64,000 nt of DNA from Podarcis cretensis (taxonomy: Eukaryota), in the NCBI GenBank assembly GCA_951804945.1, contig OX638164.1, positions 12,338,001-12,402,000 of the forward strand, given 5' to 3'. The position numbers were made by a program, and so were the translations under genes. Positions 1-12,394 of this stretch are shown piece by piece. How positions within the stretch are numbered: position 1 is the first letter of the stretch; each line of letters opens with the position of its first letter. A model generated the notes under the pieces. It did not search any database and was not told where the DNA came from. It saw nothing but the letters and a program-made list of their open reading frames with translations.

Positions 1-544
1 AAAGTGACTATAGGAGGAATGCATAAAAAAGGGAGGACAAAGTATGCCTCCACGCCATTTGTATTGGGTTAATATGTATTATGGTGAACAAGGTCATAGA
101 CTAATTTCTGTGGCTGAAATTCCCAACTTCCTCCCTTTATATCCTAATGAATGTGGGGCCCAGGTGATAAGGAAGAAGCTACGTTCTTATTACAGAAGGC
201 TGACCATCTTATTAAGTTCATCACAGCCAAACTTTAATGCTTCAGTTTATGAAATGTATGACAAAATATCAGGCTGCTAGTCCATCTAGTCCACTTCTGT
301 TAACTCTCTTAGCAGCTGTTCAAGGTCTCAGGCAGACCTCTCTCATTCTTGCCTCCTGATGACCCTTTTAGTCACTGATGCCAGGGATTGCCCCAGAGTC
401 CTCCTGCATGCAAAGCATATGCTCCGCCATTAAGAAGTCATGTTATACTTGTGGGATAACCTGCCTCATCTAACCAACATGCTTAATTCTAATGGTATAG
501 AGTAAACTGTCCTGTGAGACTTAGCTAGGTTACTCCTACTCACT

Positions 545-990
545 TTGGGAGGAAGGTAATCAAGCCTATTGTTGTATCTCAGTCTACCTGAGAAGCTCAG
601 CATGTAAAGAGGTCTGAGCTGGTTGTTCCAAGCTCAAACCATGTGGCTCTAAGAAGCCTCTCCTGAGTTCTTCTACCAATAATTTAGATAATTTCCCCAC
701 TGTAACTAAACCAAGTTTTACTGCCTCTGTAAGTTTTCTACATGCTACATGGAAAAGCACATGACCCTGACCTTTGAAGAGTTTGTAAGTAAACCATTTT
801 TAACTTGCAAACATGTGGTCTCTTGGAAGTTTTGGAAGGAACTCACAAGAGCATATTTCAAAGGTTTAACAAGCCATCTCCATGGCTTGGTTTGACTGAA
901 TATTTTGTGATTTTAAATCTCTGCTGGGATTCTCTCACCAAAGAGTACTTGCCCCAAACTTGGATCTTGGCATCCAGGAATTCTCCTTTT
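545..990 (+). repeat. Unclassified ~450-bp interspersed repeat, copy 1
   Basis: Colinear with 45500-45945. Confidence 0.75.
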
Positions 991-1025
991 TATAAGCCTC
1001 TCTTATAAGCCTCTCCTATGGATTA

Positions 1026-1240
1026 CAGTGATACCTCAGGTTAAGAACTTAATTCATTCTGGAGGTCTGTTCTTAACCTGAAACAGTTCTTAACCTGAGG
1101 TACCACTTTAGCTAATGGGGCCTCCCGCTGCCGCCACACGATTTCTGTTCTCATCCTGAAGCAAAGTTCTTAACCCGAGGTATTATTTCTGGGTTAGTGG
1201 AGTCTGTAACCTGAAGTGTCTGTAACCCGAGATACCACTG
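1026..1240 (+). mobile_element. Tc1/mariner (Tigger-like) MITE, family A
   Basis: TIR CAGTG(G/A)TACCTC...GAG(G/A)TACCACTG, TA target duplication. Five copies in the window. Confidence 0.85.
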
Positions 1241-1356
1241 TACCCATAATTTCCTTGTCAGCAACAATACTGAATCAGGCTATTGGTCATCTAACTTAGT
1301 ATTGTCTACACTGACTATCAGTGACTCTCCAAGATTGCAAGCGGCCCTACCTGGAG

Positions 1357-1388
<32 letters not shown>

Positions 1389-1540
1389 TTATTATTTATA
1401 CCCCGCCCATCTGGCTGGGCCTCCCCAGCCACTCTGGGCGGCTTCCATAAAAACCAAAAATACAGTAAAATATCACACATTAAAAACTTCCCTGAACAGG
1501 GCTGCCTTAAGATGTCTTCTGAATGTCAGGTAGTTGTTTA
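1357..1540 (-). mobile_element. L2-like LINE 3' end with (TTA)n tail
   Basis: Nearly identical to the insert at 54790-54904 over their shared length. Confidence 0.7.
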
Positions 1541-1749
1541 TGCCAAGAACTAAACCTGCATGCAAAGCCAATGTTCTGACTGATCAATGTCCTTTTTCTG
1601 CATTGAACTATTGCCTTTCCCCAACTAGCTAGTGAGAGTAGCCAATAACTTCCAAAGACAAGAGCTAGAAAGATGTTAACCGACACCTACTGGGGGAAGC
1701 ATATTAATTTGACTGAGGTGGTCAGGGTATTCACTTGCCAAATTCTGAC

Positions 1750-1992
1750 CTTAGTAGCAACCTTATTTTCAGTATCTGAAGCATTTTCCATNNNNNNNNN
1801 NNNNNNNNNNNNNNNNNNNNNNNNNNNNNNNNNNNNNNNNNNNNNNNNNNNNNNNNNNNNNNNNNNNNNNNNNNNNNNNNNNNNNNNNNNNNNNNNNNNN
1901 NNNNNNNNNNNNNNNNNNNNNNNNACTTTAGAAGCAGCCTTGTCTTCCTGATTTAACAGTGAAGTCAAGAATTCCTCTGCAATCATTTTCAC
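1750..1992 (-). CDS. LRWD1: LRWD1 coding exon 5 (VKMIAEEFLTSLLNQEDK...[gap]...MENASDTENKVATK); 3' boundary uncertain
   Basis: Acceptor ctattag at 1993. VKMIAEE corresponds to human VRMISEE. Interrupted by an N gap. Candidate donor AAG|GTCAGA at 1749. The WD40 exons are not visible in the window. Confidence 0.65.
1792..1924. other. Assembly gap (133 N) inside an LRWD1 exon
   Basis: Run of N bases. Confidence 1.
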
Positions 1993-3639
1993 CTAATAGA
2001 AAAAGATAATGAAGAATGGTCAAATTTTAATAACAAGATAGATGCAGAAAGGAAGCAGTTTATAATACCTGTAAGAGGGATCAACAACTCTGCATTTCTC
2101 CAGAGGCCTTAAAAGACAGAATAGTTTCCTCTTTAAACTGTTTAACAAGGGTAATCAGCTTGTTCATTCTAGGCTTAAAGGAACCATTTCTTAAGAAAGA
2201 TCTTAGATTTTCACTGTCAAATGATTTGTGATATGGCCATGGTTAAGACATCTCAGGCAACTATCAAGTGCATTGATTTTTTACCAATTCTTTCAAGTAG
2301 CCCAGCAAAAAGTGTAAAAATTGGACTGGAATCCTGCAATTTATTCAGTTATTTTGTTGCCCATTAGCATTATCAAAAGAGTCATAAGGCTACCAAATGC
2401 ATAACATTGCTGAAGATTATAAAACCTGTTTTTAAGAGAAAGTTCCTCAAAAAGCAGGATATATAGATAATCAGCCTGTGTCAAGCTTGTCTAAGGCCCA
2501 GGGCGAGAGTCTTGTTAGAATAAAGTTATAAGCAGGCAGTCCGGTTACATAAGATGGCAAAGTAGCTTGGATAAACCTGGGAAATTTGAAAAAATGGAAG
2601 TTCAAACACTTTTTATGCTCTACTCTACACTGATCTAATGAGTATTGTGCACTTCTCAACTATGCTTGCAAAACTACTTCTAAACATCTCATTTTTGCCC
2701 AAGCCCTGCAAATGCAAGATAATGCCAGCACCAGACATGTGGTTCTGACAAACTTGTAGGCTATGAGATGCACTACCTCCTAATATGATCTGACGCTACA
2801 CAATAGTACACAGTAACACAGGTCCAGATTTTACTGTTCAAGCCTTGCAGTGCCTATGAAAAAACCCAAAAGGCTGCAAAGGCTAAAAATCTCTTTGGAT
2901 GAAGCTGTGTGCAGACACATTTTCAAGTCACATGGAACTCTTATCTAAGATAGACTGTGAATGCTCCATATGTAAGAAGACTTTATCTTGCTGTGGTAGG
3001 CATAATATAAACAATAAAAATAGCTATTTCTCAACTGTAGAGAATGCATGGCTTTATGCCTCAAATTCCAAATCAATTTACTTGAAAGTCATTAGTTTCC
3101 ATTTCTGTCAGTAGAACATTTTTTGAAAATAACAAGATGATAAGGCATGCACATGCCTACTCTATTTCAATAAGTTTAGGCATACCTAACACCACAAAGG
3201 ATATTGCAGCTGAAACCTAATACCCTTTATCAATACCGTTCAGCACTACTGCATTTTTAGCAATCCCAACATACCAGCAACGTCAACTTTTAAATAAGGA
3301 ATTTTACAGGGAAGCCCTATTGCCATGATCAGGAAGGCAAAATGTAGAGAAGTCGGTCTGAAGTTCTTGGTTTTCTGTTAATTTCACAAGTCAATCCATC
3401 AATCCTTGGTTGAAAGGCCTCTTGGCAAAGCATGCAGATTTTTACCCTCTTGCCTAGACAAATTTCAGAGTCACTGAGCTGTTTTTGGGGCCAAATGATT
3501 CCGCCCCCGCCCCTGATTTATATTTTGACAATTTATCTGCATAGCTGCAGCTGCCATCAAGATTCTATGTTAGGTATCAGATGCTGCATGAAGACCTAAT
3601 ATACAAAGGGCAGCAGAGAATGAATGGGGGTGAATTTAC

Positions 3640-3792
3640 CCGCCATCGGGTGAAGCCGCTGAGTGAGCTGGGTCCATATGCTACATGGGCTTGTGCAGAC
3701 TTGATGAATTTTTTCCTGACTGATTTCAACTGCTCTGGGGACGGAGTTTTGGGCAGCTGCTTCCGGAAGTTTTTCCCCCAGTGAGATCTGAC
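3640..3792 (-). CDS. LRWD1: LRWD1 coding exon 4 (VRSHWGKNF...VAYGPSSLSGFTRWR)
   Basis: Hand translation. The YGPxSLSxFTxWR motif matches LRWD1. tctag acceptor, CGG|GTAAAT donor, 153 nt. Confidence 0.9.
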
Positions 3793-5497
3793 CTAGACAA
3801 AGAGAGAAGCGTATTAAACTTACATATAAAATAATAATATACAGAATATCCTAGGTTTCCTTTGAATGTATTAACCTGCCCAGGTGTTGAGATTTTTAGG
3901 CTCAGACCTTGCTCCAGGTGCTCCATCAGGTGAGATGGACAGCAACTGAAAACTCATACCAAGTAAAATGGGGACTTTGGTGATGGTTTTCAATCTGTAA
4001 ATTACTTTCTGTTTTATGGGCAGATTTCTCGTGTTTGGTTATTATTTCTATTCTAATACATGGCATTTTTAACTACCTGTCAGTTCTTCACAAACATGAG
4101 AGCTGGTGATACAAACTGCAATCTGGTGTCCACCCAATGGTCAAATTGGGTCATACTGACAGGTAATTGAAAGCTGAGATGGGCGCTTGCTAAAAGCAGG
4201 TGCTCAAGTGTCTCCTTCACTATTAGTCCAGTTTGGCTGCAGGTCTAGAACATGCCAAAGTGAACTTAAGGCTATGTGAATAAACCATAGGTTAATAGAA
4301 AAGGCAATACTGAACAATAAAGAAAGTTATTTACAGTCAAGCTGGCGTCAGTAAAAAAAAAAATTACTTAATCTTCTTGTAAGAAGAAGAGAAATTATTT
4401 TATTATAGTGATGCTGGAATGTTGAAACACATCTATTGATAGAAAAACATTAAATTATAAATGTAAACATTACTTCATGTCAATAGCAGTTAGTGAAAGT
4501 TAAGTGAAGCAGAAATAACAAGAAGATATATAAGGCTGTGCACCCAGAAAAGGGACAGGATGCAGCAGAACAAAAGAGGTAAAGACAATGTTCCTCACCT
4601 GACTGGAATCTAGAGCAGCTGAGGTAAAACTCTGAGATTAAAACTAAGCTCATTTAATTTTTTTTATTTGCTTGCTCTGCCATTATCCTCATGCTAAGTT
4701 TTAATCATGCCTGTCCTACTTTTAAAGGAAAGAAAATAGATGCCACACAAAACCTCTGCTGAACCCACGGGAGTTGGCGTATCCACCCCTTCAAAGATAA
4801 TGCACTTCTAAAAGTACAATACTAAACATGTCTGCTCACTATGTAAACCTACTTATTGGAGGCATCTGCAACAGTCAGCACTCAAAGCTGTAGAAGTTAC
4901 TACATTTATATCCAAATGCCTGCAGACAGACAGGTCATGTATCCACAGCAGTGACCAGATGAGAAATGCCTGCTGGGAGGAGCGTAGAGAGAAGAAACAC
5001 TATGCTGCATCTGTAAAAGCGAAACTGGGTGCCTTCATCTGCCCCAGATGCAATAAAACATGTTTCTCCCACATTAGTTTCTATAGCCACAGCAGGCACT
5101 GTAACTCTCCAGCGGTTTGACTTTAACCTTGATGACACACTCTTCCATTGCCTCTAGAGACAGGTGGATGCCAACATTTATATCCAACCTTTCTTTTCCA
5201 AGGCGCACAGGATGGCTGCCTTCTACCCACTGTATCATCACAACCCTGTAAGGCTGAGAGAGTATGCCTGGCTCAAAGTGGGGGGGGGGGAAGTTTCATG
5301 CCTGAGTGGGGATCATAAGTTGGGTCTCCCAGTCCTAGGCTAACCCTGCTATGAAGGCAGCATCCCCTTTGTTTGGATCAGTTCCTCTTACATTTATGAA
5401 GATCCCCAAAATGTGCCTATTTCAGATCTTATCTATTTGGTTAAGATCTTACTGCGATTGTCTTTGCTTACCCATTTCTTCCTTTCTTTATTACATG

Positions 5498-5649
5498 CAG
5501 TGCTTTTTTCTGGGGTGGGGGGACACAGGGGTATGCATACCCCTAAACATTTTGTGAATCTAAGTTTGGCCTCATTGAGGGGCAGTATTTCAATATGAGT
5601 AGGAAAATGGAAGTACCCTTAAACATTTTTTTAGGGGGGGAAAGCACTG
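5498..5649. mobile_element. hAT MITE (152 bp)
   Basis: TIR CAGTGCTTT/AAAGCACTG. Perfect 8-bp TSD ATTACATG at 5490-5497 and 5650-5657. Confidence 0.85.
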
Positions 5650-5789
5650 ATTACATGTATCTATTTCATTTAAGGTTGTAATTCCATCAATGCAAATTCT
5701 ATTATTTATACCGTACAGCTTTTTAAATATATATATAATGTGCAGTTTTCTTTTATGCTCTAAAAAAATATAACCATCACATGGCTTAC

Positions 5790-5909
5790 CCTACTGGTCA
5801 GCTCTCGACTATTGACAACTCTCACATGGCTGGCCAGCTTGGTGATATCCTTGCCATTCAGTTGTCGGAGATTTTGCAGAAGAAACATGACCTTATAGTC
5901 ATCACTGGG
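5790..5909 (-). CDS. LRWD1: LRWD1 coding exon 3 (PSDDYKVMFLLQNLRQLNGKDITKLASHVRVVNSRELTSR)
   Basis: Hand translation. LRR-cap-like LxxLNG and RELTSR match LRWD1. ccccag acceptor, AGG|GTAAG donor, 120 nt. Confidence 0.9.
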
Positions 5910-6013
5910 CTGGGGGGCAGGCAAGAAAAGAAAGCAGCCTTACAAGATGCCCTTTAAGTAAATCTCGCCAACTTTACTCCAAACCAAGCATTTCATATAG
6001 ACTATGTATGGCC

Positions 6014-6558
6014 CAGGGCCGGCCCACTGAGGAGGCAAGGTGAGGCAACCACACTGGACAGAAGGATCCACAGGTGCAGCAGATTCGGCCTCCAAGGAAT
6101 GCATTGCCCATTGCTGCTGTAGCTGCCATGGTGGCACCAATGGCTGTGAAGAATTCCTTGGAAGCCAAATCTGCCTCCTCCTTGGCAGCCCCCACCCCTC
6201 ATAGTGCCTCTATAGCAGCCTCTCAGAGAATAGGAGACACTGCTCAACTCCTCCCACCCCTAGGGAATAAATGGTGGGTGTTGCCCTCTGGGTTTTAGTG
6301 GGCTCTGCACCTGACTGGCTCGATTCAGAGTGGGCCTCTTTCTTTCCTTCCACCCCCACCCCCGCATGGAAGCCTTTGTTTCCCACTTCAGTTGTTGAGT
6401 AAGGCTGATTTGATTGTTCCCCTTGTTTCTGATGTAGATCTTTTTTCCATCCTTGTTCCCGATTTAGATCTTCACTCACCCCTGCTTCCCTGATGGTGGG
6501 AGGGCTGTGCCATTTTTGTGGTTGGCCTCAGGTGCCAAAATGTCTTGGGTCGGCCCTG
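6014..6558. mobile_element. Non-autonomous hAT element (545 bp)
   Basis: TIR CAGGGCCG(G/A)CCCA, 12/13 match. Perfect 8-bp TSD GTATGGCC at 6006-6013 and 6559-6566. Confidence 0.85.
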
Positions 6559-6837
6559 GTATGGCCCGCCTACTGTGACAACTAAGAGAGTTAGCCAGCA
6601 ATTGAGATTTTAGGTTTTAAAACATTCCTTTAAAAAAATTGAAAACATTAAGTAACATTTGGCTGTTAAGTGTCAAAGAAACAAACGTTTAAAGAACAGA
6701 AAAATGCTTGTAATTCTTGTGAATCCACAAAAGGTAGTTAACTGGTCAAGTAAACATATTTCAGTTTCTCTAAAGTCCATGCAACAGTAATAGCTAACTC
6801 ACAACAGTAACAAAAATGAATTTTTATCTTGCAGGGT

Positions 6838-6972
6838 CTAGCACGGGCTGATCCAACGCGTGGCCCAAGGGCCACTTGAGGCCCTCGTAAACATTTGAGA
6901 CACCTGGTGTCTCAAATGTTTACGAGGGCCTCAAGTGGCCCTTGGGCCACGCATTGGATTAGCCCGTGCTAG
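6838..6972. repeat. 135-bp near-perfect palindrome
   Basis: 67-bp arms, 2 mismatches, 1-nt centre at 6905. Confidence 0.95.
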
Positions 6973-7456
6973 CAGGTATACATCTTTTTCCAAAGCTGGA
7001 AAAGCACTAACTAGGCTTTGGGTGTGGTCTGAGTGTTCCATGTCTTAGTACTCTTGTGGCCTACTTGGTATGAAAAGTTGGGTCGCCCTTTTCCAACAGA
7101 TCTTGCATTCAGGATGAACTTGGACCATGTTACAGATCCACCTCTTATCTTTCATTGAGTATAACCCCAAGGGACAATGAAATGCCTGAACAGGTGTGGG
7201 AGTTGATTGACACATTGGCAGTCCCACTCACCCCCCTCCATGAGGCATGCAAAAAATGGCACACATTTAATCTCTATTGCCCAAAGAGCTAGAAACTTGA
7301 CTTTTAAAAAGTGGGGGGAGGAAGAACACTCAGCTTCTCAGAGGGGCATTACATCCCCTTTCACCACCTGAGACAAGACGGGAATATTATCATCACCATC
7401 AGAGCTCTCCAGGTTTAAGCTTAGAAACCCTGTTAATTGTCAAACACTGTACTTAC

Positions 7457-7691
7457 TGTCAGGTATACATTGTTCACATAGGTTAGCTCCTCCAGCTGTG
7501 GAAACTGCTTCAGGGATGTCACGTCTTCCAGGTTGTTGTTGTCACAGTTTAGGATACGGAGGTTTGGCAAACTGAGATTGTCAGGGAGCCTCTCTATCAA
7601 GTTGTCAGAGAGGTCGAGTTCTTGGAGGTGGCGGAGATGAGAAAATAACTGTGGTTCCAAGTCTTCTGTTGTTATCTGCAACTTGGACAAG
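7457..7691 (-). CDS. LRWD1: LRWD1 coding exon 2, leucine-rich repeats (LQELDLSDNLIERLPDNLSLPNLRILNCDNNNL)
   Basis: LxxLxLxxNxL repeats. Acceptor cttcttcag, donor ACA|GTAAGT. 235 nt restores phase 0. Confidence 0.95.
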
Positions 7692-8936
7692 CTGAAGAAG
7701 AAAAGGGTTCTGCACACTACTGACTCCCATGCCATCAAACATTTTGCAATGCTTTATAGTAAGTATAAAGTGGGAATGTTGAGATAATTATATATTTATT
7801 CACAGCAGCAAAAATGTCAACAGCCACTAACTGGAGGAAAAGAAAGTACTTCCATTTCTGTTACGATTGGTTTTATAGGCCAGATAGATAGAGAGATAGA
7901 TATAGTTATACAGGTAATGCTTAAACTTGCATATTATATCTGGGCTGCACAAATGAAATGAAAACCTACATGTAAAGAAACTGAATTTTGGAATGATAAA
8001 TTTAGTGAGAACATCCATACCTGTACATTCTTTATGATGGTGTAATGAATGAATCTCTTTCACATTAGCTTTTATATTAATAAATTTATTAATGACTGAA
8101 GCGGGGAGGAAGAAATCCCAACAGTATAATCTCTGCTCTCCAGCAGAGGTTAATTTGTTAATTAGTGGTTAACGCTGCAACTAGGCTCAGCAGAGCACAG
8201 CTCCCCTTCCCCAAAATTTTCAGCAACAAGATTCAACCCAGAAGATCTAAAATAGTATGTGGAGTTTTCAAAGCAATACAAGCAAAAACTGTATTTCAGC
8301 AATGGTGGCTAATGAACAGTAAAGGCCAGAAATAGTTTGTGAAGTAATCAAGAACTTAGGGAGGAAACCCTATCCTACAACCTAAAAAGGATAAAGTAGT
8401 GATCTGGGAACTTGACAGTCTGTAAGTATGAAAGTTAAGGAAAACCTCTCATATTTGGGTAGCATGATGGGTAGCTTAATGCCCTATTTGTGAGCTTCTT
8501 GGTGCCATCAAACTGGCTGCTGTTGGAAACAAGATGCTGGACTAGATGGGAGGGCAGGGCTCTTGTTCAGGAACTCTTACAGATCACAGCACCATCTTAA
8601 CTGGAAACTTTGGGGTTTTTTTAATTATAAAATGCTTCCTGAATTGTACCTGCCCCATTTGAAAATGCATCTTAAGGACTGTAACCAAGCAGAAAAAGGA
8701 CTCCATCCTCATTGGCTCCATCCTCATTGGTAAATGAATATTTACCAATATTTATTGGTAGAATGCATTGCTTGGAAATGCATGCTCAGTTTTACATTTC
8801 TGTGATTTGAGGCATTTAATTTAATGCCCTGATTTTTCTGTGAAAGTAATATTACAATCGCTTAAGCAACTCAAATTACTAAAATCTAACTGCACCAATT
8901 ATCTTTCTTCTTTTATAAACATATGACTGCACTTAC

Positions 8937-9016
8937 TTCAGAATTTTGATTTTTCGCAGCCTTGTAGATTTAGGCACCGCCCTTTCCAACAGAAGTTCTG
9001 TGGTAATTTTGGACAT
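8937..9016 (-). CDS. LRWD1: LRWD1 (ORCA) coding exon 1, MSKITTELLLERAVPKSTRLRKIKIL; the exon probably begins at 9068 (5' UTR 9017-9068)
   Basis: Resembles the LRWD1 N-terminus. ATG at 9016, donor AA|GTAAGT at 8936, acceptor ttttttccaccag ending at 9069. 80 coding nt, phase 2, fits the next exon. Confidence 0.9.
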
Positions 9017-10689
9017 TTTTAATCTTTTCTGGTTTTCTGCAAACTCAAAAATATTGGATGAAAACTTCCTGGTGGAAAAAAGAGAGAAAGAATAAGAGCA
9101 CAATCCTAATCCAGTAGCAATAAATTGTGTTGCCAAACAGAAACAAAGTAATCTGCAGTTGGAGCCAAAGGCTGAGGGTTTTAAACAACCATCTGTCTGT
9201 GAGAATATAGAAAGAAAAGTACAGTTCTATATTACCAAATCTCTTGCATTCAATTGCAAGCTGGAGACATCAACTCCACAGAAGCCTACAAGTGGGTTCT
9301 GTTGTGTACATAATATGTTATTACAGCTACTTTGTGTTCAAAATAAAAACTATGTAACTTGAATTATACTAAGCAGAAAACTTAATCTTTGTATAAATAT
9401 TAACATACAGCCAAGTTAACGACTGCTTTTGTATCTATCTGCAGATTTATCTCTAAGAACTTTCATCCTGTACCCGGAAACTGTCCTTCAGGGACTTAGA
9501 AACCGTGTGCTAATTTTGGGGGTTCTTTAATTGTGAAAAGTTGAGATTTACAGAGAATAAAGGTACCTATTTAAATGTATTCATAACAGTAATGGACCCT
9601 GAAGCATCCCAGAACTGTGCACCTATTCCTTGAAAGGGATAGCCCCATCCAGGGCAAGTATACAACCTAATTCCTGGACCTGGGACTAACCCATCTTACT
9701 AGGACTCTCAAGTTTATTAGCACTTATCGAACCCATAATTGCATGCAGGCACTGGTTTAGGACATGCAAATTCCTGATTCAGATGCTGCAGAGAAATACA
9801 GCTGGGTGTCATCTGCATCCTAGTTACAATTTGTTCCAGAACTCCTAATGACACTCCCCAGCTGCTTCAGATATATACATTCAACAGCATGGGGGAGGGG
9901 GGGGAGAGATCCTGCCCTATAGCAGCTGCCAAGGGGCAGAGGCACATTTGCCCAGTACTAGTCTCTGGAACCAAACCAGTATTGAGGTGTGAAACCACTG
10001 CAAAACATTGTCTCCAACTCACAGGAGACCACGGTCCAGCATAGCAAAAGATGCTGAGGAACAAAGGGATCCTTCTCTCAATAAAAGTCATCTATTGGGA
10101 AAACCAAAGGAGATAATATCCTAAAACTGGACCTCATCAGGCTAGAACGGGCCAAGATAATCAGTCTCATTGAAGGGTGTCTGCAGCTGAACTGCCACCA
10201 CCTGCTTTAAGCAAAACAAACCACAATTCCTGGTTTGGACCGAACACTAGTATTATGGCTTGTTGCATGGAACACAAGTATTGTGGCTTGCTGCATGGAA
10301 CAGAGACTTAACTACAATTTGCCATGATGTGCAAACTGGGCCATGGTGTTGCAGGGCAAGTCTGCTGTCTCACTTGTACAATTTACAACTCGTGAGTAGG
10401 GTTGAAGGATCCTGCTTTTAGATTTTGTGAATTGTTGCATATATGATACCTTGTCTTGCAAAGCAGCTTCGGATTTGTTTCTGAAAGGGGGGGCAAAAAC
10501 AACAGCACCAAAGCCATATGCATTACTGTTACTACCTATCAATTCTGGGAGCAGGGAGACTGAGGTTTACATGGAAAGCACAGTCTTAATGGCTGTGCAC
10601 TCTGAATGAATGCTCTCTGTGGCTAAACGCGGGTTGCCGCCACGCATATTTAGGCAGGGCTGCTGCTGCTTTAATTTCATTTTTAAAAC

Positions 10690-12070
10690 CCGTGGTCGTC
10701 GTCCCCGCCGTACCACCAAGCTCCCACGATAAGCCGGGGGTTTCCTTTGAGGGGAGTGGGAAATGTCTTAAACGGGAAAGGGCGGTGTGGCGGGAAATCT
10801 GGGGGGGGGGGGGGGAGTGAGCGAGGAGGATCCTCTCCCTGAGGCAAACCACCTCACGCTGGCATCCGAGGTGCAGGGAGGGGCCGCGTAAGACCCGCGC
10901 GGCCCGTTTCTGAGGGGCGGCATTGTCTCAAAAACCAAGGCGAGGGGCAGTGAGGGGCCGGCAGCTGCTCCCCTTGTCTGAGAACAGAGAGACGGTGGCG
11001 GGGGCCCCCAAGAAATTTCCTCTTCCCTCCCCACTCATCTTGAGGTGGGGAGGCGGCCAAGAAGACACCCCCTCCCCCCGGCTGCGTAGGTGGCAACGGG
11101 AGAAACGGCCCGCGACGGCATCTTTTTTTTCCCTCTTCTAAAACACACAAAGCCCGGCACTACAACTCCCGCCATGCCCCGGGAGGGCCCGAGAATGCTT
11201 TTCTTGCAGGCGCGCCGCGCAAGGCGCTGCTGGGAAATCGAGTCCGCCCTCCTCCCCGCCGCTAAACCACCACCAGTCCGGCGGGGCCTTGGGAGAGGAA
11301 CGTTGGGCGACGGGCCGCTTCACCTCAGCCTCCCCGCCGCGTGCGCGCCTGAGGCGCCTGGAGCGCAGCCATCCCGCCCCCTCCAGCCCCGCTCTCCACC
11401 TCCTCGGCCCCGGGGCCTTTTTTTTTTTACCTCAGGCGGGCGAAGGGGCTCCTGCTCCTGCCGCCGCCGCCGCCAGGGCTCGGCGAACCGGAAGCTCCGA
11501 GGGAGGCCCTCCCGACAAGGCCGGTGGCGGCGGCAAGAGCTACCGGGGTCGGGATGGAGGAGGAGGAGGCGACGGTGGCGGCCGCCGCTGCTGCTGCCGC
11601 CTCCGGAGGAAGGGGAGCGGGAGGCGAGCCCGGGGGCTGCTGCGGGTGCAAAGGGGTCCGCGGCTGCCTGCTCTGCGAGGCCGCTCCGCCCCCGCAGGTA
11701 CCACGCGCGGCATCGGAGGAGGAGGAGTGATGGTGGGGGAAGTGGGTGGGCATTCAGGGGCGAGGGGGAAGGTTTGGAGGAAGCGGGGAGGTGTGTGTGG
11801 AAAGAGGAGGGGGAAGGAGCCCCTGCCTGCCTGCTGCCTTCGGCCGAGGGGCGCAGAGTGGCCCACCATTGCTGCAGTAATAGTAGTGGGTGGGAGGAAA
11901 GGGGCCGCAGGAGCCACTTCGCTGCGAGGAAAGGTTTGGGGCTCCTTTAGTTTGGGGGGGGAAAAGGCGCGGGAAAAGTGACACGATCATGGCAATCATG
12001 GAGAAAGTGTTTTCCTTCCTCTTTCGCCTAACACTCGAACTCGCGGACATCCCGCGAAGCTGCATGTTGG
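10690..12070. promoter_or_regulatory. CpG island / bidirectional promoter of LRWD1 and ALKBH4
   Basis: Very GC- and CpG-rich between divergent genes. ZNF143/THAP11-type ACTACAACTCCCGCCATGC at 11159-11177, an opposite-strand TTCCCAGCAGCGC at ~11224-11236, and ETS CCGGAAG at 11488-11494. Confidence 0.85.
11554..11697 (+). CDS. ALKBH4: ALKBH4 exon 1 (MEEEEATVAAAAAAAAS...CGCKGVRGCLLCE...PPPQ)
   Basis: CGCKGxRxCLxCE is characteristic of ALKBH4. Kozak gggATGG, donor CAG|GTACCA, 144 nt. Confidence 0.9.
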
Positions 12071-12394
12071 GAGATTCAAGAGGAAAAAGCCCTTTTTCAC
12101 GCAGCACATCGTTACAACTGTGAAACTGGCTTCCCGTTCATTGATGTCCATGAAATGAAATAGTAACGAGGATTCTTTCGAAGCGTTGATTCTATCATGC
12201 AAAATAGACCGCTCGGCTTTGGAGCACATTTTTAAAAGGAAAGCCCGACAAGGCTTTCAGATACATTACAATTGAATAACTTGTTAAAGAAATTCCCCAA
12301 GTAACTGATGTGGGAGTTTGAAAGTCTTGTTTATTCCGTTATATTTTACTCCAAGAAGACCCATTTATCCTAAATAGAACCTAATAGGGCAGAC

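Noticed and set aside
4599-4631. Possible 33-nt in-frame LRWD1 cassette exon (SFTSAALDSSQ, donor CAG|GTGAGG)
   Set aside because: The flanking exons already join to match the known protein (LTSR|VxxHW). Such pseudo-exons are common and there is no transcript evidence.
10768-12123. Many overlapping Arg/Pro/Gly-rich ORFs (up to 286 aa)
   Set aside because: Expected from stop-codon scarcity in a CpG island. Only the ALKBH4 exon 1 frame has a conserved motif.
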